A stretch of 60,458 nucleotides of DNA, the filler included, from Bipalium vagum (Eukaryota), in NCBI GenBank assembly GCA_037834085.1. It is 3 parts of 3 records of this genome, joined end to end, with 100 filler letters (N's around TTAATTAATTAA, not from the genome) between each part and the next. Parts side by side here need not be neighbours in the genome. Positions count along the whole stretch, not along the records: positions 17,951 to 41,067 come from JBBMKC010212925.1; positions 41,168 to 60,458 come from JBBMKC010005250.1; 1 more part is not named here. One strand, 5' to 3'. The notes under the pieces are model-generated. The model was not told the DNA's origin. It ran no database searches and was given only the letters and a program-made list of their open reading frames with translations. The translations under genes were made by a program, and so were the position numbers. Positions 40,426-53,791 of this stretch are shown here, one piece after another; the first letter of the stretch is position 1, and the number at the start of each line of letters is the position of its first letter.

Positions 40426-41067
40426 TTTTTTTGAAAAAGTTATTGATTCTTACTAGTTTTTGTTTTATAATTACTACCAAGATTACACAAGAATTTTATC
40501 TTAAGTTCTGTTTTTTTTAAAAATTTTTACCAAATTTCTAAGGTATTTACTAGGATAATTATAACACTTTGTTTTAGTATCTGGTACATACCATTGAAAT
40601 TATGTTTTCTTACCGAAATATCACTCCAAAATAACGGTTTTAATCAGGAATTGTCCTTGATAGAAAATCAAAGTTGGTAATGTAAAACATTTAGGAGCAT
40701 CTCCTAAACCAAAAATTTTCATTTTTGTAACCACAAGAATAAGACGATAAATTTGATGAATTGACTTTTTTGCATCGCAGCTGTTTTCTCACGAGGAAAT
40801 TCATAAGTATGTCATTTTGTGCGGTCTTTTGTCTGGATTTTGTTTTATTTTCATTATCAAAGTTCGTAAAAACTATTTGGATATGACAAACAAAGATTAA
40901 ATAATGCAAATACTTTTAAGATGACTTAACATTATTATGAGTTCATGTTACATGTTGCCCATAAAACATATCATGGGTTGTTCACTTTTGTTCTGAAAAT
41001 AGTTAAAGCACTATTTATCATTTGAAAAAAATGTATTATTATTATTATTATTATTATTTTTATTATT

Positions 41068-41167
41068 NNNNNNNNNNNNNNNNNNNNNNNNNNNNNNNNN
41101 NNNNNNNNNNNTTAATTAATTAANNNNNNNNNNNNNNNNNNNNNNNNNNNNNNNNNNNNNNNNNNNN
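41068..41167. other. Artificial contig-joining spacer N44-TTAATTAATTAA-N44
   Basis: Identical to 17851-17950. Confidence 0.97.
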
Positions 41168-41350
41168 TCTAAGGACTTTGCAGCCCAACCATGTATATAT
41201 ATATATATATATCTTTTACCATTAAATATATATATAAACCTTTATAAAATAATGTCATTAATATTAATTTTAAGAACATAATCAATTTTTCAACATCAAC
41301 CACACTTGTTTATCAATTGACAACAGAGTTTGTTTGCGCATTTTTTATTA

Positions 41351-41395
41351 TGTTGCATGTTTCGAAGTTTATATCAGTTCTTCTTCAGTAATCAA
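41351..41395 (-). ncRNA. Degenerate minimal hammerhead-ribozyme-like motif (Penelope pLTR type)
   Basis: Minus strand reads CTGAAGA-A-GAA-ctgatataaac-TTC-GAAA-CATG-CA, then AATAAA...tgcg as after the 12788 motif. The CUGANGA and GAAA boxes are intact; U16.1 is replaced by C. Confidence 0.5.
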
Positions 41396-41784
41396 TCAAA
41401 GGATAGTTTCATTTTTAATAAAAATATTTTGCAAAATTCTGATTGGTTAAGGTAGATTTTTTAATTCATTAGAAAACTCACTGACAGTCCACTGCTTTTA
41501 AATTTCCTTCTCTTGCATGCATATATACATTGATGGCAAAGTTTTCTGACTTACCTGCGATTTTTCAAATAATTATTAAAATTGATTAAACGAGTTAAAA
41601 GTATTGAATATTAGAATTTAAACGTGGGTCTCCTATATATTTAAATAAGCATTTAATATCAATACAAATGAATTATAAAGGTATTTTGAATAACCATCGA
41701 TTATAATAAATATTAGGTGTGTCAAAAAATTAGACTCACTTTATAATTTATTTATAATAGATAAACATATAATTATTAATTTTT

Positions 41785-42127
41785 ACATACTCAAAGAGAT
41801 CGAATTTGCTATGAACGTCACATGGCAGAAATCAATAAATACAAGTCCAGCTGAATTTGTGTATGTTACACGAATATCAAGAACAAATTGGGAGCTACAC
41901 ACGACACGAGTGACGTATTCGAAGAGAAGTTCGTAGATAAAACAAAGACCAGAAGAAGTATGGGTCAAAGTCGAATGTCGGAATAAGGATCAAGGACGCT
42001 TCTTAGTCCCATACAAAGTGATAACAAAGGTTTATGACCGAAGATACATTCTACAGAATAGTGACGGTAAGCAGATTGAAAGGAATGTAGAAAAGCTGAA
42101 GAGATTTCTTTGAAGGGAGATATAAGG
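41785..42127 (+). mobile_element. Ty3/gypsy integrase C-terminus, polypurine tract and LTR start
   Basis: IEFAMNVTWQKSINTSPAEFVY (end of integrase core), then EVWVKVECRNKDQGRFLVPYKVITKVYDRRYIL...RNVEKLKRFL* (GPY/F-type domain), then PPT gaagggaga and a decayed T(G>A)TAAGG. Confidence 0.85.
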
Positions 42128-44158
42128 AATTATAAAGATTTTACGTAATCTTAATAATTCAGTAAAATCAATAATTGAAATTGTTTTAATTATTGATTTT
42201 TATGAAAGTGTAGATTTTTTGAAATAATTAAATTTACTAGTTATTTAGCTTCTTATGGACTTCGATATATGTATATATTAATTATATAACACTTTTGTGC
42301 TATGAAGATTTGAATGAAAAGCAATTTCTAAAATCTTTTGCAAACCCTTTCAGACCAAGGTGACATAATTAATACAGTAGAATTATATTTTATTTATTTT
42401 TCAAAAATTAAACGTAGTACAATTTACATTTTGAATGTAATTAATGTCTCGTTTGTGAGATCATTTTTCAAAGTTTGTTTTAATTATCTGAAATGTGGAA
42501 ATAAATAAAAATTTAATTCTTTCCGACAAAATGAAATCAATTCTGATTATATAATAATAATTATCTGTGGAAAGCATAGAAAACCCGGCTTATCAGAAAT
42601 CAGTGGAAATATATTCCCTTTTCCCATTGACGAAGTATGAACTAATAATATCGGCAGTCAATTCTTTATGGAAAAGCAGAACGGATGGAAGGCGAAATGC
42701 ATTTATGAGAAAATATCTTATTAATATTTATATAAATAAAATAATAAATTTGATTAATGAAGTCTGTTTTAGAATTAATATCCGATGAATTCTCCTAGAG
42801 CTCGGGATTACGATTTCTTTTTAATTAATTTTAATTTTGTCACAGATTAAAATTTTTATTTTTATTATAAAACTTTTTTAATATTACTTCGGTTTTTATT
42901 TTTCATTATTATTATTAATTTATATATAATTAAATTATATGTAATATAATCTTTCTATGTAACATAATCTATAATAAAACATTCAAAAAATAAAATAAAA
43001 TGTTCCTATTCTGTGAACTGTTGTTGTCGACTGACAATTCCCAGAAAGGATCTATTGTCTTTGACATATCACTTATTTACCAACATTTAACAAACGAAAA
43101 ATTTCAATCGGAAGCTTATGAAAACATTTTTGTCAATATTATTCTATTTGTCAACATCTTTATTATCATTGGCTGGTTGTGAATGAAAACAGATTTATTT
43201 ATAGTATCATGTTTGTTTACTATAAATAATGAAAACCGTATTTTTGATCAAGTTAAATTAAATTTATTTGGAAAATTTTATGTTCATTTCAATAGTTTAT
43301 TTATTAATGTAATTTTTCTACATATATTGATTCATAAGCTCCATGAAGATCAATAAGTGCCTGGAATTAGAATGGAATATTTTATAGATATTTGAAAGAT
43401 TCCTGATCAAGAGATGAACTCGCATAAATATAAAATTTTACTAAAACACCGATCTAAGTTATAAGATTTTCGTAATCGATATTATTGAACCAGGTTCAAT
43501 TGTGTTATCTTAAAACAGATTTCGAAAAAATATTTTAATAATTAGTTTTTATCCAATGCTTTTTAAATCGAAAAATTAAAATAAAGACTGGCGAGGAAGG
43601 TTTATGACAAATTGCCGATAATCAGGGGCCCCTATAGATATTAACTATGGATTTTCGCAATACCATATTAATAGTATAAATCAATAATAAATGATACTAT
43701 AGCCGAACTATTATAAGGAAAATATGACTGGTCTCCTTTTCTTGTAACGGTTGACATAAGAAAGTCATCAATTAAATATGTTCAAATTGTCTTAACTTTT
43801 TCTTGAGGTCAATATTGAATAGATTTTTTCCCTTATTGAAATTATGCAAAACCTTTTGTTTTAACTGCTCAATTGCTGCAAAAATATTTTAGAATGTCCA
43901 ATTGAAACGACACACGTTTATTTGTTAGGAGAAATTCATGTTTTAATATGGACCCTAATCAAATGTGCACCATTTCTAAACTTTAACAATGGAGTATATT
44001 TTTAGTGTATTTTGTTTTAATTTATAAAATATTTTTCCTCATAATGTTGTGAATAAAAAATTTAATAAAATAAATAATTTCAACAGAAAATTTATAATAA
44101 CGATCAACTTCTTTATGAATAATTAAGATTATTATTTGTTTTAATCTATCAAATAAAG

Positions 44159-44475
44159 CGATTTCGGAAGCTTTGACTCGGTCGATTATTACTCCTGGTT
44201 CAACAGTATTTTTGAAAAGTGGATCGAATTTGCCAAGTACAAGCTGGAAAAGAAAATTGAATATATCATTGATATCGATGAAGTACTTTATAAAAACCTA
44301 TTTATAACCTTATGGTCCTTGATCCTAGATGAATACTGTTTCCGACACACAGATGCTGTCCTCTATATCTGCAACGGAGGTTTCAAACGCTTTTGAAATA
44401 CTTGAACACATTTGGAAACGACTTCAATGGTCTGACGTCACAGGAAAGGTTACTTACGTAACGCTCCTTATACAG
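44159..44475 (+). CDS. BAIAP3: BAIAP3/Munc13-4-like protein, MUN-domain exons 44159-44282 and 44329-44475
   Basis: DYYSWFNSIFEKWIEFAKYKLEKKIEYIIDIDE | MNTVSDTQMLSSISATEV...WKRLQWSDVTGKVTYVTLLIQ, with a 46-nt GT-AG intron. The first of these exons is absent from the ORF track. More 5' exons lie outside the contig. Confidence 0.85.
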
Positions 44476-45299
44476 GTATACTTACGGCTGATTTTGAATA
44501 AAAATGTATAACTTTACAAACCTTCTTACGTATTAATTCAAAAACATTGTCGAATGAATTATCCGATAAAAGTTAATGAAAAATCTAAAATGGATCATTT
44601 AGTGAAATGTTTGATTTACACAAGGTTAAATTACATTAAAACAAACAATTCTTATTAAGTAAACGAGTCTTTCAGATAAATTGGGACATTGAGAATTATT
44701 AGGAAAATAAACCAGCCCGAACTTTCCATTAGTGAAAGTTTACAAAGCAATGAAATCTGCCCATTGACATTTTTCATAGTTGAATTTTTATCATAATTTC
44801 GTGACCTTCAAATTGATAAAATAAAACAAATTCCGCGTTAATTTATCAATAATATTTTTGTTTTATTTTGATTGAAATTTAAAATCAGCTTTTTTAATAT
44901 TATTTATTTTATATTTTTTATTTATTATTTTTAATTATTATAATATTTTTTTATATTATAAAATTATATATACATATTATATTATTATAAATTATTATAT
45001 AATATTATTATATATATTATATTATACATATTATTATTATATTATTATATTATATTATAATATAAAATATTATAATTTAATATTATATTTTCTTATTGTA
45101 TTATTTTATGTAATACTTTCTTAATGTTATTTGGAAAACTTAAGTTCTCAGTAATGTTGATGGTTAATAATTACATTTTATAATGCAGAAGAATATTCAA
45201 AAAGTATAATAATAATAATAATTAATATAATAATTAGTAAATAATAATAATTTGTATAAAATAATACAAAGTAGAATATTCCTTGGTAATGTTCCACAG

Positions 45300-45401
45300 G
45301 CAATGGGTAGCTGTGGTCTGCTGTATGCGGATACGTTACACGAAAAAGTAAGACTGGCTGGATATTTTGACGAATGTGGCCAGTTCGATTTATCAAGACA
45401 A
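45300..45401 (+). CDS. BAIAP3: BAIAP3/Munc13-4-like exon
   Basis: cacAG|AMGSCGLLYADTLHEKVRLAGYFDECGQFDLSRQ|GTGAG; 102 nt, phase 0 at both ends. Confidence 0.85.
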
Positions 45402-46642
45402 GTGAGATTTTTTATTTATAATTAGAATTCAATTTTAAAAATTAAATTTGTTTGTAATAAGAAAGGAAAGCAAGTTTATCTTTTAAATCTAGAAGAATTT
45501 TTTAAAATTTTTATTATTATATTATTTATTATTATTATTGTTATTTTAATTATTATATATATATATCCAGATGACATTATATTCATCACGATCCGCTGTT
45601 GCGGAAAGTATTGTGAAATAAAATATAAATAAAATAAAAATTAGGCAAAAGATGTGAAAAGTTTCGCTTTAAGTCGATCCATAAAAATATAAAACGTGTC
45701 TAAGAAAGATCTGGTAAAGTGAGAATAAGGTTGAAAACTTTACTCAATGAACCATTCATGTATTCGTACTAACCTGAAGATAGCATCCATTAATTATTTT
45801 GTATTCTCAGAGATTAAGACTTTCTATCAAAGGTTGTTTGATCAAGTAAATGGACTTAATCTTAATAAATGAGTTAAATCTGACCTACGTAAGCAGATTG
45901 GAAGTTTGTGTGATTCTAGTACTGAAAAAAACAAACCAAATCAACAGTACATTATTTTTTTCGAAACAATCGTCATCAAGTTCATTAAATTTTTGTATGT
46001 TTATTCAAACCAATTTTTGTAGCACTTTTTCCATTCTGAACAAAGTAACAAGTCAGGTGACTGTGACATACCGCTTTGTGTCATTAATAAGGATTTTTAA
46101 AATAGTTTGGGATAATTCAGTTTCGAACTTTATGATTGTGTCAGTAAATCTCCAGAGAATGACAAAACTCCCGATAAATCAACTGCTAAACATTCTATTA
46201 TTATTTTGAAGTTGAAAACATCGAGTGAATGAAACATCATTTCAGAGTTTTGATTTTTCATTTCCTGCCATCAAGAACCAATTTGGTTGTCAGCCGGTCT
46301 TAAAAGAGGACTGTGGATGGTCAAATCACACATTTGCATTGTTTTAACGATTTGTCTGATCGAATGAAAACTTTCGGATTATTACAGTGTATATTTGAAA
46401 ATCAATGATGTCTTTTATTTTTATGTTTTCTTTGTTCTTCCCACAACTTTCCCACTACATCTGATACAAATAGAATGTTTAATAGATTCACAAATTACCT
46501 ATTAGGAGAAACATGGTGAATATTGGTAGCTTTTGAGGTTGACTAAGGATTAGAATTCTTATAAAGTCTATAAGAAGTCTTCATAAAGTCCTATACTTCT
46601 TATTACTAATCTTTAATATAATTTATTTTCACCGACATCCAG

Positions 46643-46974
46643 GTCTGTGTGTCTCTAAACAATATTAATCACATCGACCAATATTTGGGTCGGATTCCAA
46701 TGGATTTAGCCTTTGATCAGTTAGCAAATGAAGTGGCAACGCATTCCGGGGAAAAGCAAACTGGTAAAAGTTTTCTGGAAAATATGTTGGTTGTCATTCA
46801 ACAGAGTCGAGACCACATTTCTGGAGTTATACTGAATATAATACAAAGAGTGATTGGCAAAGTGCTTGTGATAAAACCTTTTGTTTGTCGATTTAAATTT
46901 TTTAGATGAGACCGGAAATTAGGAAAAATATCTTCCATCTTTGCTGGTCTCCACAATCAGTAAACGTTGAAAAG
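46643..46974 (+). CDS. BAIAP3: BAIAP3/Munc13-4-like exons 46643-46861 and 46906-46974
   Basis: VCVSLNNINHI (MUN CxxxNNI motif)...RVIGK | MRPEIRKNIFHLCWSP, with a 44-nt intron. Confidence 0.88.
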
Positions 46975-47016
46975 GTAAGTAATCATAAATTAAACTTGAT
47001 AATACTTTCCACTGTA

Positions 47017-47057
<41 letters not shown>
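47017..47057. repeat. (ATT)n microsatellite in BAIAP3 intron
   Basis: Direct inspection; source of the poly-Ile in ORF 46906..47103. Confidence 0.85.
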
Positions 47058-47059
<2 letters not shown>

Positions 47060-47547
47060 TATTGATTAAAATATCTTCAGACATCACAAAGAATTTTATG
47101 TAACTTATGTGTATTTATACTATCAGTTTACTCCTTCAAATTTGCCACCTGATTTTCAAATATTTAAACAAAATTGGTTTTCCAGAAAATGTTACTTGCT
47201 GAATTTTATAACTTTATCAATTATTGTGTTCTTTAATTTTATTTTTAAAACTTTCTACTTTAATTAGATATTTTTAATATTTATATATTAATATAATTAA
47301 TTTAATATATTAATTCTTAATATTTTTTACACTTTAACCGTCTTTTTAAAATATTTTATTTAAGATTTTTATTAATACGTTAATCTTAAATTACAGTTAA
47401 GCTTCAAAAATTATATCCTTAAATTAATATCCTTAAAATTATTATTACCATTATTATTATTATTTTTATTATTATTTTTTTTAGTACTATTAAATTCAAC
47501 TATCAGTAATATGTAAAACATCTACAATTCACAATTTTTCTATTCAG

Positions 47548-47973
47548 GCCTCCAGTGACTTGATTACATATTTATATGATAACATTTCTATTGTGAAAAA
47601 CCAATTGCACTCTGCAATTTATTCCAATGTCATCTTCGGAATATGGAGCGAAGTGCTGTCACAAATTGAGGAACAAGCTCACAAAGAGATCGACGATAAT
47701 GAAACTCCAGACGCATCGGAAAATTGCGATAACAAATTTGTTCTGAATCGTCTTTACCGATGTTTAGACATTCTACTGAAGTTCTTCATCGGTGTTGATG
47801 AAAACATGACCCAACAATCTTTAGAGACAGTTCAGTTCACGGTAGGAGTTTAGAAATCATTTCATCATACCTTTCATTATGGTAATTAGAGCGTCAAGTA
47901 TCTCCTAACCTTGTATACATCCTCGACAAAAGAAATAGTTGAATATTATTTCAAAGAAAAGTTGGAAGAACAG
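47548..47973 (+). CDS. BAIAP3: BAIAP3/Munc13-4-like exons 47548-47841 and 47890-47973 (MHD2 region)
   Basis: LITYLYDNI...IWSEVL...RLYRCLDILLKFF | SVKYLLTLYTSSTKEIVEYYFKEKLEEQ, with a 48-nt intron. Confidence 0.88.
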
Positions 47974-48082
47974 GTTTCCTTAGTTTTTCTCTAATAATTA
48001 TATAAATTATAATTTGTTTCTTATATAATGTTAATATATAAAAATAAACAAAAATTTTATTAAAAGCTGAAAGTTTCTGCTT

Positions 48083-49062
48083 ATAAGGTTGGAAGGAAAA
48101 TATTTGTGTTTTATATATTCAAACTTGACAATACATTTTTTGAAAAAATTTGTTTGAATGCATTAATTTATGCACTATTTGAAAGCGCAGAAATTTTTTT
48201 AATCCATTACAATTCCATAAGTTTTACTTTACTAGATGTTAATACAAACTATTGTACTGTACAAGTTCAAATTTGGCAGAGACCTCTAGTAAAATCAATG
48301 AAGCATTCAGTATAGTTGCACCAAAGGTACTTACCCTGCAAAACTGGTTACAGAAATTTAGAAGTACAGGTGAGAACCTCAAAAATGATACAGATCATGG
48401 ACGTCCCTCGGTAGTGGCTAATGATAAATTAAATACCTTGGTCGAAACAGATACAGGTACAATGATTCGGCTGCTTGTAAAAATTTTATGATTCAATCAC
48501 CCAACAATTCTACACTAATACTGTCAACTTAGAAAAACATTGTGATCAGAAAAATGGGCACCTCGTGAATTGAAAAACCTTCAGAAAAATCATCACTATG
48601 AAATAAACTCCGAGTTTTCATTATATAACAATCGCGGTCATCTCTTCTACGCATTATGACCAAAATGAAAAATGATTGCCTACAACAGCCGACTGTGTTT
48701 AGCTTAGTGGTTGGATATTGGTGAGATACAGGGTCAGTCTAAAGAGGCTGAGATTTCAACAAAAGCAGACCGCGGTCCGTCATATTCGCTATATTTTTTT
48801 AGATCAAGGAGAAACCATGACATCAGAAAGATGTCAAGAATGGATGAATTGGGCATGGAACTGCAATCTTTGCATCCCGCATTAATTATTAGAAAACATC
48901 AAATAATTTTTCATGAGAATATCGAGCAAGAATATCCGTAATTCACAAGTCAATCACTAAAGAAACCGGTTGATTTTTTATGAAAATCTGCCTCATTCAG
49001 CATACTCAACAGATTTGTCGCCTACTGACTATTGATGTTATCATCTTTCTCATTTCCTGCAA
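48083..49062 (+). mobile_element. mariner, Hsmar1/cecropia-like, decayed
   Basis: TIR-like taaggttggaaggaaaat; AETSSKINEAF...QNWLQKFRSTGENLKNDTDHGRPS, WAPREL and HSAYSTDLSPTDY. Confidence 0.85.
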
Positions 49063-49065
49063 GAA

Positions 49066-49420
49066 TTAAAATTTTCCACAACTAGAGTGGTGTTCAGAAT
49101 TTGTCTTCAAATTTATCATGGCAAAAATACCTTTTTGAACTGGTGCATTATCCTTGTTGATTTTTTCAAGATATTTATACAGATGATAATTTGTTAGGGA
49201 GAGGTATGGAGAATATGGTGAGTGAGTAAGAATTTCATAACCCAACTTACCGACCTTCTGTTGCGTAATTTGTGCAACATGTGGCCGGGCGTTGTCATGT
49301 AAAATGATTTGGCCCTTTTTGTTGACCAATGCTGGACAAAGATATCTTTGCAATGCCTTACTGTTGTGATGATTTACCTGATTTTTGCTAGTTATAGTGA
49401 ATGATTGGAATAGCCCTTGG
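49066..49420 (-). mobile_element. mariner catalytic-domain fragment, Hsmar1/cecropia-like
   Basis: CPALVNKKGQIILHDNARPHVAQITQQK...LGYEILTHSPYSPYLSLTNYHLYKYL. Confidence 0.9.
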
Positions 49421-51520
49421 AATACCACCATGAAGTTAACATAATAATGATATATCGAGAATAAAATTGACACTTTCTTCAGTCATAGGATTTTTTGATC
49501 GACCCGTTTTTGGTTTATTGGTGATGTTTGTACAAACCATTGACATATTTTTATAGAGGCAAACAAAGGTGCATCATCCTCATGTCATCACAATATTTTT
49601 TTACAAAATCTTTGAACCTTTTTATGAATTATTCAACATTCAAAATTTTCCATTTATGAAATAAGGCCCAACACATCTGCTTAAACAATCACAATCAATG
49701 AGAATTGAATAATTTTAAAAATTTACATATGAGATAGTGCGATTAAAACAATGTACATATTTTGTAATAATAAAACTTTCAATTTAATTCAGTAAAACAT
49801 TAATATTTGAATAATTTTGTTTTTTCTAATGTTTATTTATTTATTTTATTTATGAAAGGGCTTTACAAAAATTGAAATTCTTTTAAGAGATTAAAATTCT
49901 CTAAACTCGAATCTTTTCCACAACAAATAAAATTCTCAAATTAAAAATATTAAGAGAGTATAAATATGTAAATCATACAAAATTAACCAATAATAGAGAA
50001 CGGTTAAATATGAAAAAATCTCAATTTTATTTCTGTAAGGTTTCCTGTGAAAATGATGTTCGTTTTTCAATTTATTAATTTAAGTTGTTTCTGTATTACT
50101 ATTTTTAGAATAAATTAAAAATCATTTTAGAACGCGTTTTCTGCTTAATAATCAAATAGTTAGTTGTTTAAATGCATCAATTTACTTAAATTATCTGGCC
50201 ATTTGGGAAATGGTTTTTAAACCATAAATAAGAATACTTTTTTAACACTAATTCAAACTTGGTCTGAAACGTAATCCAGGTATGGGTGATCAAACAGTTT
50301 CTGAAAGAACCAAAGGTAGATGGTTTTAAAATTTTAGGGCAGTTAATTCAGCCTCGAGGATGGAAAAGATCCTGGATGTCCATCAAAAGTTTATGATGGT
50401 CAGTTGCAAACAATGATCGAAGCAGACCCGAGGAAAACAAATTAGGAAAAAGAATTAAATATATTCATAATTACATTTTTATGAAAATTTAATTTCTGAG
50501 GATATTGAAAAATATTTACGACCAAGTTCTAATATTTGAGTAACACTAATATTTTTAAAACTTTCCAGTTAAAATTGTTATTAATTAATAATAATTTATT
50601 ATTTATCTCTTGATATTTTCGTTTGTGGAGAAAAAGATGTATACTTACTTGACCTTTTAACAAATAATTTTTTGTTTTAATTATGAAAATCATATACCAC
50701 TTTCAGTTTAGTTATTTTTAACCAATCTTGAAATATACTAACAATTCCTTTTTCTATACACGTTAAAATTTACTTTTATTTTTGATAACATTAAAATTTA
50801 TTCTGTCATTTTTTCATTTCATAAGGTTTTTGTTATGCTTCCTCCGCAGATTTTATCTTTCTAATTCTACAAGTAAACCAAAGGGTTCTTTTTTCAAGTT
50901 TTTCAACGTTCAGTTGCATGGATCTTAACTACTCAGTGATCATCAAATCTTATCTTATTATGCGTTTTTATTTATTCATTCCATTATTTTTTTTTAATAT
51001 TCACATTTATTCCAATTTACTCTCATTAAAGGTCTCATTCAGGATATGTCAGTATTCGTGTGAAAGTGCACCATCGATCTGTAATTAATAAATAAATATT
51101 AAGGGTTTAGATGTTCTGAATTAGTGTCATGTACAGACTATCCAAACTTTTTGTTTTCGTGAGGGTCTTGGTATTACCATTGTATTTCTAAGATTTTCTG
51201 AACCTTGCATTAAACATAAATGGAAATTTTCTTCATGAAAGCTTGACCATCTTGAAGTAGTTAAAAAAATTCTTCTCACATTGTCTTTCTAACTGAAAAT
51301 TCGTTATCAATCAGTTTGTGCAAGGGTTGATACTATGGTCTTTGAAGATGCCTAAAAATTGGCTCATTAATATAAATAAGGGGTTTTGCAAAATGCGATA
51401 TTTGAATAAAAGAAAAATGGTGGGTATTACATGAACCTATGATATGTAGGCATCATGACACCTTTTTCTAAAATATTCTTATTAATAGAGACACCTGTTT
51501 TTGATGACTTCCCTTTTATT

Positions 51521-51600
51521 CTCCTTTTCCTTTTCCTTTTCCTTTTCCTTTTCCTTTTCCTTTTCCTTTTCCTTTTCCTTTTCATTTTCATTTTTCCTTT
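51521..51600. repeat. (CCTTTT)n hexanucleotide microsatellite
   Basis: About 10 perfect units, then degenerate CATTTT units; explains the KEKEKE and LFLFLF ORFs. Confidence 0.92.
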
Positions 51601-51661
51601 TGGAAAAATCTTGAATTGTTATAATTTTGTTTCCTTCGTTCGAATGCCGTTGGTGGACCCT

Positions 51662-52140
51662 GTACTTAGTCTTGTGATAAGTTCGATCCCAAAAACTTGA
51701 AAATATCATAAAAATTAAAAAACAGAAAAAAATTCATTGAAGTACAATTTTGTGCTGCAATATATTTTGTACAATCATTATTGCAAATTGTGGATATAGA
51801 AAAATCACAAATGGTAGCACGCACCATATTCATGTCCATTTCAGTACCTGTTTTAAGTAAGACAGACTTTAGCTTCTCCAAATTCCTTTATGGTCTCGTG
51901 TAAGTCTTCATTTTAAAAAATTAACCATATCTTGTAATCCAGAGGACCAAACCTGGGCTTGATTAAAGCTTTTTCTGGACTGATGAGCTCAGTCCTTTCT
52001 AGATTTCACCGTTCTTGACCATCCTGATAAGATATGACACAGTCGATAACAAAATTGTCAACACCTTTCAAGTCGTTTCCCAACGCTTTTGACTCCGAAA
52101 TATGACGTCAAATGTCTCCTGCCACCATTCTCTCTTCTAG
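51662..52140 (-). mobile_element. Tc1/maT-like (DD37D-type) transposase 3' remnant
   Basis: Minus-strand SPGLVPLDYKIW (SPDLNPLDYxxW), then MEKLKSVL...MNMVRATICDF. The terminus ...tcacaagactaagta resembles the 22570 element. Confidence 0.7.
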
Positions 52141-52343
52141 AAACATTTTTGATGAAAAATTAAACGATCACGATATTATATTTATGATAAAAATATAAAT
52201 AACACTTAAAAAATAAAATTGAGGATTTCATTAATGAAAATTACCATTGGTAATTACGTATTTTTTCGTTTAATTATTCGTGGATACTACTCATGAAAGA
52301 AATATCAAGCATTGATTTTTTTTCCTTTTTCTTTGCAATACAG

Positions 52344-52467
52344 AGCAGCAATGCATCCAACGCAGAATTTGGTTGGGTCAACATCAAGGTATTCTATAAA
52401 AGATGCTCGGGATCCCTTGTTGTGGAGATAATCAATGCTCGCGGATTGACTCCACTGGACTCGAATG
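52344..52467 (+). CDS. BAIAP3: BAIAP3/Munc13-4-like exon, start of C2B domain
   Basis: FGWVNIKVFYKRCSGSLVVEIINARGLTPLDSNG; AG at 52342-43, GT at 52468. Confidence 0.92.
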
Positions 52468-53156
52468 GTATGATCTTTAGACAATTGGAATATTAAAAAA
52501 ACTTAAACTTAAAATTAATAAAAATAAAATGTTTCTGTTTAATCGATTATTGAAAAAATCTAAGATTTTTAACGTATATTGTTCAAAGTCTTTATATTCT
52601 GCTCGTGGGGTTCCAGTGACATTCATCTTTCCGAAAGTTTAACCAGTTTCTGTGAAGAGAAATTTTTTTATAATGAGACTTCTGTGGAACCTGTCTACTA
52701 CTACTACTATTGGTAGACCTAGAATTGCACTTCAGACATGGAATAGAATTATCTGGAAAACGAAGAATTATTTTTTATGTTATTATGCACATTTATAAAA
52801 TGTTTCCAAAGAAAATTTTCATGAACGGTTCATGGAGAACACTTAGAATGGGGTATCAGTAGTGAAACCAACATTTATTTTCAGAGATGTTGATAAATAT
52901 TATTTATTTTATTTTTAAAATATTTACCTTTTCAAAGTTTTTTCATTCATTTTTCCTTACTTCAAAATCACTTGAGTCTTTCCAAAAGCTCTTAAAAACT
53001 CAATAAAATACACAAAACCAATATCAAATCAAAAGGCGATTGAATAATAAAAATGTTAAATGAGCACAATATTGATTGAAGGAGAAAAGTTTCCTGTATT
53101 TCTTTAAAACATCGAAATTGAATATTAAACGGACATTAAGGGAGTTACACTGTATT

Positions 53157-53351
53157 TTATGAAATGGTTTCAACAATGATTCTATTAAGTACATTAAACA
53201 AAATTAGATACATTGAAAACAACCTCAAGCACTCACTCTTGAAAGCATCCTGCAGTTGATTAATAATTTCATGGCTACGTCTTTGTTTCGATAACAGAAA
53301 TTTGATTACACTACGACATTTAACATTGCCTGTCACTTTTTGAAAGTGCAA
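53157..53351 (-). mobile_element. mariner 5' fragment (irritans/Hsmar2-like HTH)
   Basis: RSVIKFLLSKQRRSHEIINQLQDAFKSECL matches the RxVIKFL...EIxxxLxxxYG pattern. Confidence 0.7.
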
Positions 53352-53791
53352 TTATTCTAAAGACAAAAGTAGTTTAGAAAAACAAAAATACCTTTTCATT
53401 ACCTACACATATATATTAGAATTAATCATTTTCAACGTCCTTTTTATAAAGTAGTTATTTCCTGTCGAATCTAAGTACTTAATAGGCGCACTAGGTATTT
53501 AGAAATTAACTAAGAACGTTATAGAATTTATTAAAAACACAAGAAAAATAAGAGATGATAATATGTTACAAAAACTTTCACTTTTCATCCAATTAGACAA
53601 TGCCACAGGAGGTTTTCTTAAAACTTATCGAATGAACCAATAACATTTTCTCAATAATAAACTGGAACGAGTTTGACTTGAAAAAGAAAGGTTTGGTTTC
53701 ATCCTTTTCAACAATGAAAACCACTAAAATAACGAATTGCCGAACGTTACTCACAGTCCACTTAGAAACTATATTTATTTTATTTATCCAG

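Noticed and set aside
51455-51709. ORFs with KEKEKE or LFLFLF runs
   Set aside because: They are translations of the (CCTTTT)n microsatellite.
51977-51995. GGACTGATGAGCTCAGTCC hairpin containing CTGATGAG
   Set aside because: No stem II-GAAA follows, and it lies within the maT-like transposase remnant; not a hammerhead.
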